Source: an uncultured Acidimicrobiaceae bacterium (lineage in GTDB: Bacteria; Actinomycetota; Acidimicrobiia; Acidimicrobiales; SZUA-35). Taken from it: DNA of 64,000 bases. The notes under the pieces were generated by a model. That model searched no databases, was not told the origin of the DNA, and worked only from the letters and a program-made list of their open reading frames with translations. The stretch covers positions 2,460 to 66,459 of the forward strand of contig CAYGQE010000026.1 in the NCBI GenBank assembly GCA_964351995.1. Direction: 5' to 3'. The translations under genes and the position numbers were made by a program. Below, one piece after another: positions 55,602 through 64,000 of the stretch. The stretch's first letter is position 1, and every line of letters starts with the position of its first letter.

Positions 55602-57317
55602 TCAACCGCGGTAGCGATTCGTGATGGGGACACGCCGGTCACGTCCGAACGCCTTCGAGCTGATGCGAATGCCAACAGGGCTCTGACGGCGCTTGTACTC
55701 AGCGATGTCGACCAACCGAACGATGCGGCGCACGATGGCTTCGTCGTGGCCTCGGGCGATGAGCTCAGTCGCTGTGAGATCGTTCTCGACATAGCCCTCG
55801 AGGATGGAATCGAGGACGTCGTAGGACGGGAGGCTCTGATCGTCTCGTTGGTCGGGGCGGAGCTCGGCCGACGGCGCTTTGTCGATGACGCTGACCGGAA
55901 TGACCTCGGAGCGGGCCATCTCGTTGCGCCAGCGGCAGAGGTCGTAGAGCAGCGTCTTGTAGACATCCTTGATGACGGCGAAGCCGCCGGCGGTGTCGCC
56001 ATAGAGCGTCGAATAGCCGACCGAACCCTCGCTCTTGTTGCCCGTCGTCAAGATGAGCCAACCCAACTTGTTCGACAGCCCCATCATCATGACGCCACGA
56101 ATTCTGCTCTGGAGGTTCTCCTCCGTGGTGTCGTCTTCGAGGCCCTCGAACGATGGCGCAAGCATGTCGAGGAATGCCTGGTGGCCTGGCTCGATTGCGA
56201 TCGTCCGGTACGCCACACCGAGGTTCTGACACAGCGTCTCGGAGTCAGTCACCGAGTGATCGCTCGAGAAGCGCGACGGCATCAGTACGGCGTTCACGTT
56301 CTCGGCGCCCACGGCGTCGACAGCGAGGGTGACCACAGCGGTCGAGTCGATGCCGCCCGAGAGCGCCACGCCGACCTTCGAGAAGCCGTTCTTCCTGACG
56401 TAGTCGCGGGTGCCAAGGACAAGCGCCTCCCACACCTCCTGCAGCGGTTCGGTGAGGTCTTCGATCTTGCCCTGCATCGGCGGTTCGGTGACCTTGACTG
56501 GACCTGACAGCACCTTCACCGGCAAGCGCGGCGCCGGCGTCTCTTGACCACGCGGGTCAAGACGACGCTTGCGATAGGCGGGCTTGATGTCGAGGTCGGT
56601 GACAGCGATGTCTTCGCGGAACTGCGGAGAACGAGCGAGCAATTGACCCTCGTGATCAAAGATCACCGAACCGCCGTCGAACACCAGCTCGTCTTGACCG
56701 CCGACCTGGTTGACGTAGACGATGGCGCAGGAGTTGTCGACAGATCGTGAGCTGATCATGACATCACGACCGAGTGCTTTGCCCTTGCGGAACGGGCTGG
56801 CATTGGGCACGAGCACGACCTCGGCTCCGCCACGACCCAGATCGAGCAGCGGGCCTGTGGCGCTCCAGATGTCTTCGCAAATCGCGATACCCACCTTCAC
56901 GCCCTTGACCTCGGCAAGCTCGAGCTGATCGGTGCCAGGGGTGAAATAGCGACGTTCATCGAAGACGCTGTAGTTCGGTAGCAGGCGTTTGTGATGCGTG
57001 AGCTGCACTGCGCCGTCGACGGCCAAGTATGCGGTGTTGAAGATGTCTCGATCGCCTTCGACCGAGCCGAACACCACGGCGGTCTTCTTCGTGCGAGAGG
57101 CGAGACGTTGCACCGCTTCCATGCAGTCCTCGACGAAGCCCGGCTTGAGCACCAGGTCTTCCGGCGGATAGCCGCACAACGTCAGCTCAGGGAACACCGC
57201 AACGTCCACGTCTTGGGTCTCGAGCTCTTCCAGTACATCCATGACACGAACGACATTTCCATCGATGTCACCAACAACGGTGTTGATCTGACACGTCGCT
57301 ACTCGAAGCCTGCGCAT
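55602..57317 (-). CDS. nadE: Glutamine-dependent NAD+ synthetase
   Basis: Nitrilase triad (FPEL, K..LPNY, ICED), SGGIDS, ENLQSR, TGNKSE and PSAEL. Confidence 0.96.
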   Translation of the reverse strand: MRRLRVATCQINTVVGDIDGNVVRVMDVLEELETQDVDVAVFPELTLCGYPPEDLVLKPGFVEDCMEAVQRLASRTKKTAVVFGSVEGDRDIFNTAYLAVDGAVQLTHHKRLLPNYSVFDERRYFTPGTDQLELAEVKGVKVGIAICEDIWSATGPLLDLGRGGAEVVLVPNASPFRKGKALGRDVMISSRSVDNSCAIVYVNQVGGQDELVFDGGSVIFDHEGQLLARSPQFREDIAVTDLDIKPAYRKRRLDPRGQETPAPRLPVKVLSGPVKVTEPPMQGKIEDLTEPLQEVWEALVLGTRDYVRKNGFSKVGVALSGGIDSTAVVTLAVDAVGAENVNAVLMPSRFSSDHSVTDSETLCQNLGVAYRTIAIEPGHQAFLDMLAPSFEGLEDDTTEENLQSRIRGVMMMGLSNKLGWLILTTGNKSEGSVGYSTLYGDTAGGFAVIKDVYKTLLYDLCRWRNEMARSEVIPVSVIDKAPSAELRPDQRDDQSLPSYDVLDSILEGYVENDLTATELIARGHDEAIVRRIVRLVDIAEYKRRQSPVGIRISSKAFGRDRRVPITNRYRG

Positions 57318-57449
57318 CGGAGGAGTCTACGGCCGGCCCGAGCACCGAACGTCCGGGGTGACGCGCTGCTTTCCTCACTGGTGGAGGGTCCAGTGAGGAA
57401 AGGTCCCTCTTGGGGGACGCGCTCGGCCAGGGAGGGCCGAGGATCTTGA

Positions 57450-58277
57450 TCAGAAGCTGGCGACGGTCTCTTCGACATCGCCCTGGGTGCCGCGGAGACC
57501 ACGGAGGCCGCGCTCACCTCGCTCACGAGGCTCGGCGTTCACCCGCTCGCTGATCCGGTCTTCGAGCCCATCGAGAATCTCGGCGGACCGATCGGCATCA
57601 ATACGGCCCGCTTCGACTGCTGCTTGCGCCCGCTCAGTTGCCTGAGCGACGAGAGCATCGACCAAGTCCGCTTCGCTCACACCGCTTGCGGCTGCTGTCT
57701 CAGAGAGCGTCTGGCCCGCTTCGCGACCGGCCTGGATGTCCTCGACGGTGAGGCCGAGTTCTTCGAGCACCTCACCGCCGCCAAAGCGGCCGCGTACGCC
57801 ACGGCTGCCGCGCTCTGAGCGCTCGGAGGGGATCGTGTTCACCCGCTCGCTGATGTTGTCGGTGAGATCGGCGAGCTTGTCGTCGGCAGCTTCCTGGGTC
57901 AGGCGGCCGCTCTCGACGGCATCAGAGAGGTGGCCCTCGATGCTGGCTTCGAGCGCTGCAATCAGTTCGGCTTCGCTCACGCCGGCATCGGCCGCAATCT
58001 CGACCAGCGTCTGATCGGCGTCGATGCCGGCCTGGATGGCGTCAGCGTCGATACCGAGGGACTCGAGCAACTCGCCGCGATGACCGCGGTGCCCGGTCGG
58101 TGTGGACTCGGTGTCGGTGGCGTCGCCACCATCGTCTTGCGCTCCGGCGAAGCTGGAGGGAGCGAACAATGCACCGGCGGCGATCCCGACGGCGAGCATG
58201 CCGACCCCGAAGAGGCGCTTGCCTGCCGGGGCGGTCGTGTTGGTTTCGGGGGAGATGGAGTCGTTCTGGTCAACCAT
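57450..58277 (-). CDS. Secreted/membrane-anchored hypothetical protein with two about 100-aa helical repeats
   Basis: Signal-like segment. Duplicated LG....IQAG...QTL..AA..GVSEA.L..AL...AVE.GR...ISERVN. SD AAGGA upstream. Confidence 0.75.
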   Translation of the reverse strand: MVDQNDSISPETNTTAPAGKRLFGVGMLAVGIAAGALFAPSSFAGAQDDGGDATDTESTPTGHRGHRGELLESLGIDADAIQAGIDADQTLVEIAADAGVSEAELIAALEASIEGHLSDAVESGRLTQEAADDKLADLTDNISERVNTIPSERSERGSRGVRGRFGGGEVLEELGLTVEDIQAGREAGQTLSETAAASGVSEADLVDALVAQATERAQAAVEAGRIDADRSAEILDGLEDRISERVNAEPRERGERGLRGLRGTQGDVEETVASF

Positions 58278-58381
58278 TGGTGGCATTCCTTCGTTTGGGG
58301 GGATGCCTAGAGCTTCGACGTGCTTCGTTAGGGCAATGTGAGGGCCCCATCAGCGTTTGATCAGGGCGTCACCCGACGAGC

Positions 58382-58447
58382 TTTTCGCCAGGACAAGGAA
58401 CGCTCGACCCACTTCCGATGCTCGAGTTCCCCAAACCAGGGCGAAAA
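58382..58447. repeat. Long imperfect inverted repeat
   Basis: TTTTCGCC..GGAAC..TCGA / TCGA.GTTCC..GGCGAAAA. Confidence 0.5.
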
Positions 58448-58449
58448 CG

Positions 58450-58485
58450 TGCACGGGCGCCCGTCCGAAGACGAGCGCCCGTGCA
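58450..58485 (-). terminator. Intrinsic terminator downstream of glnII
   Basis: TGCACGGGCGCCCGTC-CGAA-GACGAGCGCCCGTGCA hairpin followed on the minus strand by CGTTTT. Confidence 0.75.
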
Positions 58486-58520
58486 GGATCGACACCAGGT
58501 GTGGCTGGGGTCAGACCAGG

Positions 58521-59540
58521 TCACTCGCCAGCAGCAGCACCGCAGACGGTCTCGGTCATGACCGCAGCAACGCTGTAAGGATCAGCGTTGGCGTTCGGGC
58601 GACGATCTTCGAGGTAGCCCTTGCCGTCTTGAGCAACCTGCCACGGGATACGAATCGAGGCGCCACGATCAGATACTCCGTAGCTGAACTGGTCGAATCG
58701 CTGGGTCTCGTGAGCACCCGTGAGACGTTCTTCGATGCCGACGCCGTACTCGAGCAGGTGCTTTGCCGGCACGCCCTCGGCACCCAATGCTTCGCAACCG
58801 GCAACAATTGGGTCGTAGCCCTCGCGCATGGCCTTGGTGGAGAAGTTGGTGTGCATGCCTGCCCCGTTCCAGTCGCCCTTCATGGGCTTGGCCTCGATGC
58901 TGACTTCCACGCCGTGATCCTCGGCGAGGCGGTAGAGCAGGTAACGGGCAACCCAGAGGTGATCGCCAACGGTGACGGTGTCGGCCGGGCCGATCTGGAA
59001 TTCCCACTGGCCGGGCATGACCTCGGCGTTTGTTCCCGCGATCTGGAGACCAGCATCCATGCATGCCTTGGTGTGGTCCTCGATGAGGTCACGACCGTGG
59101 ATCTTCAGCGCACCAACGCCGCAGTAGTACGGACCCTGCGGGGCGGGGAAGCCGTTTGGCGGGAACCCTGCTGGCCAGCCGGTGCCCGGATTGATGAGGG
59201 TGTACTCCTGCTCGAGACCGAACCACGGTTCCTGATCGCCGTACTTCTCCATCGCCGCAGCGGCTCGGGCCCGGGTGTTCGTGGGGTGAGGGGAGAGGTC
59301 AGCGGTGAGCAGCGTCTCGCACAGTACGAGAATGTCGTCGCCGCCACGAATGGGATCGGGGCAGATGAACACGGGACTGAGGACGACGTCAGAGTTGTCG
59401 CCGGTGGCCTGGTTCGTGCTGGAACCGTCGAAGCCCCAAATGCCGGGCTCGTCGCCCTTTTCCATGATCTTGGTTTTCGAGCGAACCTCTCGGGTCGGCT
59501 CGGTGCCGTCGATCCAGATGTACTCCGCACGAATTTTCAC
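58521..59540 (-). CDS. glnII: Glutamine synthetase type II
   Basis: AEYIWIDG, WGFDGSSTNQA, WFGLEQEY, PQGPYYCGVG, NAEVMPGQWEFQ, DWNGAGMH, RLTGAHET and EDRRP. Confidence 0.96.
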   Translation of the reverse strand: MKIRAEYIWIDGTEPTREVRSKTKIMEKGDEPGIWGFDGSSTNQATGDNSDVVLSPVFICPDPIRGGDDILVLCETLLTADLSPHPTNTRARAAAAMEKYGDQEPWFGLEQEYTLINPGTGWPAGFPPNGFPAPQGPYYCGVGALKIHGRDLIEDHTKACMDAGLQIAGTNAEVMPGQWEFQIGPADTVTVGDHLWVARYLLYRLAEDHGVEVSIEAKPMKGDWNGAGMHTNFSTKAMREGYDPIVAGCEALGAEGVPAKHLLEYGVGIEERLTGAHETQRFDQFSYGVSDRGASIRIPWQVAQDGKGYLEDRRPNANADPYSVAAVMTETVCGAAAGE

Positions 59541-59645
59541 GTCTTGCTCCAGCTCTGGCCGGTGAAGGCCTCCGATGCACCCTTGAGTGCGTGTGTGATT
59601 TGTCCCAGTCAAGACTTCTGCGTCCCTGATTCCAATGTTTCGTTT

Positions 59646-59661
59646 GTGAACGGAATGTGAA
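59646..59661. promoter_or_regulatory. Candidate GlnR binding site between divergent glnII and glnA
   Basis: TTCAC-n6-TTCAC on the minus strand (AC-n9-AC) with a nearby GAAAC. Confidence 0.45.
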
Positions 59662-59724
59662 ACGGACCCCCTGTAGGGCCTTTCACTCGCGGTGTTCGCC
59701 ATTCCCACTGGTAGGACTTGGGGT

Positions 59725-61056
59725 GTGGAACGACAGCAGGAATACGTCCTCAAGGGCGTTGAAGAACGACACGTCAAACTGATCCGTCTCTGGTTCACCG
59801 ATGTTCTCGGTCAACTGAAATCGGTCGCGATCTCGCCGGCTGACCTCGAGATCGCTTTCGAAGAAGGCGTGCATTTCGATGGTTCAGCCATCGATGGCTT
59901 CTCCCGCATCCAAGAATCCGATGTCTTGGCCATGCCGGATCCAAGCACATTCGAGATGATTCCGTGGGCCGACGGCGGCTCGACCGGACGTATGTTCTGC
60001 GACATCAAGTCACCGGACGGGACATCGTTCGACGGCGATCCCCGTGCGGTCCTCAAGCGGAATTTGCTGGCTGCGCAAGACGAGGGCTTTGCCTTCTTCG
60101 TCGCACCCGAGATGGAGTTCTTCTACTTCGCCGACGGGGATCCGTCGTCGGCCCCAATGCCGCTCGACCGCGGGTCGTTCTACGACCTCACCACCAGCGA
60201 TGTGGCTTCTGACCTTCGACGCAAGACGCTTTCGGTGCTCGAAGCCATGGGCATTCCGGTCGAGTATTCGTTCCACGAAGACTCACCGTCTCAGCACGAG
60301 ATCGATCTCCGCTACACCGATGCGCTGACCATGGCGGACCAGATCATGACGTTCCGCCTCGTCGTGCGAGAGCTGGCGATGGAGCAGAACAAGTTCGCCA
60401 GTTTCATGCCCAAGCCGCTGCCCGGCATCCAGGGCTCGGGCATGCATCTGCACCTCTCGCTGTACGGCGAAGACGGCAACGCGTTCCACGATCCGACCGC
60501 GCAATACGGGCTCGGCGCGATCGGTCGACAGTTCACCGCAGGCCTCCTCCATCACGCCAGGGAGATCACCGCTGTCACCAATCAGTTGGTGAACTCCTAC
60601 AAGCGTCTCGTCGTTGGCTACGAAGCCCCGGTGTGGGTCAGCTGGGCCCAGAACAACCGATCAGCGCTTGTCCGAGTTCCTGTCACGAAGCGCGACAAAC
60701 CGAGCTCGACCCGAGTCGAGTTCCGATCGCCCGACCCGGCGTGCAATCCCTATCTCGCCTTCTCGGTGATCCTCGCTGCTGGCATGTCCGGCATTCGCCA
60801 AGGACTCGAACTCCCATCGGAGACCACCGAGAATCTCTTCGAGCTCGCCCCGAGCGATGCCAAGCGCATGGGCGTCGAGCCCCTGCCTCGTTCGTTGGCT
60901 GAGGCACTCGACGTCATGGAGGGCTCGGAGCTCGTTCGTGAAGCCTTGGGAGAGCACATCTTCGAGTGGTTCCTGCGCAACAAGCGCAGCGAGTGGAGCG
61001 ACTACAAGGCACATGTCAGTCAATGGGAACTCGAGCGCTACCTCCCCAGCTTCTGA
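59725..61056 (+). CDS. glnA: Glutamine synthetase type I (GSI-alpha/GlnA2-like)
   Basis: WFTDVLG.LKS, FDGSAI.GF.RIQESD, PEMEFF, HE..QHEID, FMPKP..GSGMH, GYEAP, NRSAL.R and E.RSPD..NPYL. Confidence 0.93.
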   Translation: MERQQEYVLKGVEERHVKLIRLWFTDVLGQLKSVAISPADLEIAFEEGVHFDGSAIDGFSRIQESDVLAMPDPSTFEMIPWADGGSTGRMFCDIKSPDGTSFDGDPRAVLKRNLLAAQDEGFAFFVAPEMEFFYFADGDPSSAPMPLDRGSFYDLTTSDVASDLRRKTLSVLEAMGIPVEYSFHEDSPSQHEIDLRYTDALTMADQIMTFRLVVRELAMEQNKFASFMPKPLPGIQGSGMHLHLSLYGEDGNAFHDPTAQYGLGAIGRQFTAGLLHHAREITAVTNQLVNSYKRLVVGYEAPVWVSWAQNNRSALVRVPVTKRDKPSSTRVEFRSPDPACNPYLAFSVILAAGMSGIRQGLELPSETTENLFELAPSDAKRMGVEPLPRSLAEALDVMEGSELVREALGEHIFEWFLRNKRSEWSDYKAHVSQWELERYLPSF

Positions 61057-61058
61057 TC

Positions 61059-61736
61059 ATGACCGAGTCGTTTCTGATCTTTCCTGCCCCACCCCCAGCG
61101 GACCTCGTCCGGTCCCTCGATCTGTCCGGTTACAAGTGGGCTGCGGTCTCGACCGTTGAACAGCTCGACGCAGATGAACCCGACGCTGGTTGGTCCGGCG
61201 CCATCATCGTCGCGGACGAAGACCCGGCCACAGCGTGGGCGCTGTGTCGAGAGCTACGTAAGCGAGATGTACCGGTCGAGCCACTGTTGCTGATGGTCTC
61301 TGGTTCTCAGCTTGACGAGCTCGAGGCGCGCGACGACATGTTCGACGATTTCTTGATCACGCCGTTCCATCCTCGCGAGCTCGAGGCGCGGCTGAAGCAT
61401 CTGTTGTGGCGGGTTGGTCGTGGTGTGCGCCCGGATCTCATCGAATACGGGCCGCTCACACTCAACCTGGAGACCTACCAGGCCCAGATCTCCGGCCATC
61501 CACTCGACCTCACGTACATGGAGTACGAGCTGCTCAAGTTCCTGGCCAGTCATCCTGGAAAGGTCTTCACCAGGGAAACGCTGCTGAACCGAGTGTGGGG
61601 CTACGAGTACTACGGCGGTGCACGCACCGTTGATGTCCATGTTCGGCGCCTCCGAGCGAAGCTCGGTGAAGAGCACGCACACATGATCCAAACGCTGCGC
61701 TCGGTGGGTTACAAACTCGGTCAGTCGCGCTGGTAA
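61059..61736 (+). CDS. glnR: OmpR-family nitrogen regulator GlnR-like (atypical receiver)
   Basis: wHTH LDLTYMEYELLKFLA.HPG.VFTR..LL..VWGYEYYGGARTVDVHVRRLRAKLG.EH closely matches actinobacterial GlnR. Starts 2 nt after the glnA stop. Confidence 0.8.
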   Translation: MTESFLIFPAPPPADLVRSLDLSGYKWAAVSTVEQLDADEPDAGWSGAIIVADEDPATAWALCRELRKRDVPVEPLLLMVSGSQLDELEARDDMFDDFLITPFHPRELEARLKHLLWRVGRGVRPDLIEYGPLTLNLETYQAQISGHPLDLTYMEYELLKFLASHPGKVFTRETLLNRVWGYEYYGGARTVDVHVRRLRAKLGEEHAHMIQTLRSVGYKLGQSRW

Positions 61737-61776
61737 GTCCTTCATCTCGTCGAGAGCGGCGGCTGCGCCAGACGCA

Positions 61777-61899
61777 CTGCTGCGCTGCGGCGGACTTCGT
61801 CCGAATCCTCGCTCCGCAATACCTCCGGCTCCGTCGCCTCCCATGACAGGACCCACCGGCGCGTCGAGCGAGTTGGCTCTCGCCTCACTTGCGCAGCAG
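61777..61899. repeat. About 120-bp element bounded by 9-bp inverted repeats (REP/MITE-like)
   Basis: CTGCTGCGC ... GCGCAGCAG with an internal CGGAC-TTC-GTCCG hairpin. Confidence 0.5.
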
Positions 61900-61965
61900 A
61901 GGCCACCAATTGGGTGGTGGGCGGCGCTGGCTCATTTCTGAGGGGCTTTGGTCGAAGCTCAGGGA

Positions 61966-62454
61966 ATGACGAACGGTTGGGACTCGAAGAAGCACACTGG
62001 ACAACGAATGATGGCCATTGCCGTCACGTTCGCTGCGTTCGGTTCGTTGGCAGCTTGCGGCGGCGGCAGCGGTGAGAGCGCAACGCCGTCGAGTCTGCCG
62101 CTCGTCGAGCCGGTGGCGGCTGTCGACGAGGGACCCGTCACCTCGACGACAGCGCCGGAAGCCAGCGAGCCCGCCCCTTCCCAGTCTCAGCTGACCCCGG
62201 AAATGTTCGAGGGGATGCTCGAAACTGACGCTGGTAGAAGCCTCTTGATTTCAAGTATTGCCGGCGAGGTCGGCATCGACCCAGAGGAAGCTGGGTGCCT
62301 GCTCGATGCCATTCCGGTCGAGATCCTTGTCGAAGCCGCTGGGTCGTTCCTCGGCGGCGAAGTCGACGGAGTTCTCTTCGCTCCCGAACAAGTCGCCCAA
62401 CTCACGCCCCTGCTCGACTCTTGCGGCATCGACGTCGACGTCTTCGTCTCCTGA
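61966..62454 (+). CDS. Hypothetical lipoprotein
   Basis: Lipobox LAAC, low-complexity linker, two further Cys (EAGCLL, DSCG). Start uncertain. Confidence 0.72.
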   Translation: MTNGWDSKKHTGQRMMAIAVTFAAFGSLAACGGGSGESATPSSLPLVEPVAAVDEGPVTSTTAPEASEPAPSQSQLTPEMFEGMLETDAGRSLLISSIAGEVGIDPEEAGCLLDAIPVEILVEAAGSFLGGEVDGVLFAPEQVAQLTPLLDSCGIDVDVFVS

Positions 62455-62485
62455 TCGTCGAATCGGAACGGCTTCATCCACACCC

Positions 62486-64000
62486 ATGACACCGGACCCC
62501 CTGAGCGACCACCTCCAAGATCTGTCGATCGGGTCTCGAACTCCGCTCCGCTACCCAATCAGTCTGCTTCTCGCGCTCCTGATCGCCGTCCCCCTCGCCG
62601 GGGCTGCCTGGTTCGCCATCGATGACACACGGCAAGCGTCAGCCCAACGGTCACAAGCAACGACCGTTGACACATCAACCCGCCGATTGGTGGCGCTGAC
62701 CGAACTGCGAGCCCAACTGCTCGATGAACGAAACTGGTTCTCTGCCATCGGCAGTGTCAACCAGCTCGGCGTCGACCTCGCTTTCGTGGAGACCTTCATC
62801 GGTATCAACCTGCTCTCCGAACTCGAGCGTTCGCAAGGGCAGGTCGACGCTCTCTTCATTGAACTCGACATGCCTGAAATCGATGCCGAGCTGCAGAGCA
62901 TTCGAGCCGACGACACCATCGACTTCATCGCCGTTGCCGCTCAGTACGACGAGATCGAAGCTCGCCTGAACGTGGAGAGCGAGCAGACCCTCGACAGCCT
63001 GATGGAGCGGGCGGGGGCCCTCGACGAGGCTGACCAACTCATCACTTCACTTCGAGTGTTGAACGCATCGACCGAGGCACGTCAGGCGATTTCCGACGAG
63101 ATCACAACATTCTTCAGTGCGCAGTTCTCCGGGACGGTGAGTTCACTCTCGCAGCTCAATGCCACGATCGAGCAGCGAGCCGTACGAGCAAGCGCTGAGG
63201 AGGACATCCGACGGCTCGCCATCGACGGATCGAACGTCCATGTGACCATTCGAATGATCTCCGAGTCCCCGGAAGCAGCCTTGTTCGACGAATCCGTGGC
63301 GGACCTGTTGGCCACACGTCTGGAGGCGGAGAACGGCGACATCGAGGCGGTCCTCGATGACATCGGCGGCGTGGTGGACAATTTCACCTCGAGCATCGCC
63401 ACGACCAACCTCTACTTCGAGCTCGTTGATGCCGCCGGAACTGACACACTCGATGCAAGCGACGCACTGTCAGCGAACGCCGCCGATCAGCAAAGGCAGG
63501 CGCTCGTCGGGATCGCTGCCCTTGGCGTGGTCTCGCTGCTCATCGGGTTCGCTGCGACCAGGGCAATTCGTCGACCCGTGCGTCTCTTGTCCCAGGTTGC
63601 TTCCCGGATCAGCGCAGGTGACTCGTCGGCGCGATTCTCCAACGCCGGCGGGCCAGTCGAAATCCGCTCCGCAGGGCGGGCCCTCGACGATGCCGCAGAA
63701 CACCTCCATCTCGCCGAACAGCAGACCAAAGCACTCGCTGACGGCGAACTCGATCACCCCGTCCTCTCCCACCAGAACGCAGGCGAACTGGGCGCTGCGC
63801 TTCAGAATGCGGTCGGGGCCCTCGCCACATCGATGCAGGAACGCGAAGAGTTTCGTCGGCGGATGACTCACGAGGCGACCCACGATGGGCTCACTGGAAT
63901 CGCCAATCGAAATGCATCGCTGGCGCAACTGAACCGTGGTCTCGCTCGGACTCGACGCTCTGAGGCTTCCCTCGCGGTCTTGTTCATCGACCTCGACGAC
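62486..64000 (+). CDS. Membrane sensor with HAMP and the start of a GGDEF (diguanylate cyclase) domain; 3'-truncated
   Basis: Not in the ORF track. Open from ATG 62486 to the window end: two TMs, HAMP (IRRPVRLL..EI..), ATHDGLTGIANR..LAVLFIDLDD. Confidence 0.88.
   Translation, partial: MTPDPLSDHLQDLSIGSRTPLRYPISLLLALLIAVPLAGAAWFAIDDTRQASAQRSQATTVDTSTRRLVALTELRAQLLDERNWFSAIGSVNQLGVDLAFVETFIGINLLSELERSQGQVDALFIELDMPEIDAELQSIRADDTIDFIAVAAQYDEIEARLNVESEQTLDSLMERAGALDEADQLITSLRVLNASTEARQAISDEITTFFSAQFSGTVSSLSQLNATIEQRAVRASAEEDIRRLAIDGSNVHVTIRMISESPEAALFDESVADLLATRLEAENGDIEAVLDDIGGVVDNFTSSIATTNLYFELVDAAGTDTLDASDALSANAADQQRQALVGIAALGVVSLLIGFAATRAIRRPVRLLSQVASRISAGDSSARFSNAGGPVEIRSAGRALDDAAEHLHLAEQQTKALADGELDHPVLSHQNAGELGAALQNAVGALATSMQEREEFRRRMTHEATHDGLTGIANRNASLAQLNRGLARTRRSEASLAVLFIDLDD

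Overview
High-GC actinobacterial chromosome segment. Gene content and order point to class Acidimicrobiia (inference). Most of it is a rearranged version of the conserved actinobacterial core region: rlmB-ispF-ispD, crp, disA-radA, clpC, lysS, nadC, folK-folB-folP, tilS, sigR/rsrA, tRNA-Thr, holB-tmk-topA, a DUF1998 helicase, a Tad/Flp pilus cluster, tRNA-Sec, a sigma-70, an ECF42/YciI pair, nadE, glnII, glnA-glnR and a partial HAMP-GGDEF gene. I saw no CRISPR array, prophage, integrase or IS element. The best candidates for undescribed biology are: (1) an apparently inactivated FHA/EssC(FtsK)-like membrane protein coupled to a BON/OmpA peptidoglycan-binding protein; (2) a dual-specificity-phosphatase-like protein with the catalytic Cys replaced by Ala (HAx5R), inside the folate operon; (3) a lipoprotein-TM-HAD phosphatase fusion; (4) a three-gene photolyase operon including an inverted-domain 4-Cys photolyase, lying where bldG usually is; (5) a 42-aa leaderless membrane ORF missing from the ORF track; (6) a His-rich ferritin-like gene pair; and (7) a sharp codon/strand-composition switch in the distal Tad genes. 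All assignments come from reading motifs by eye. No database searches were run.
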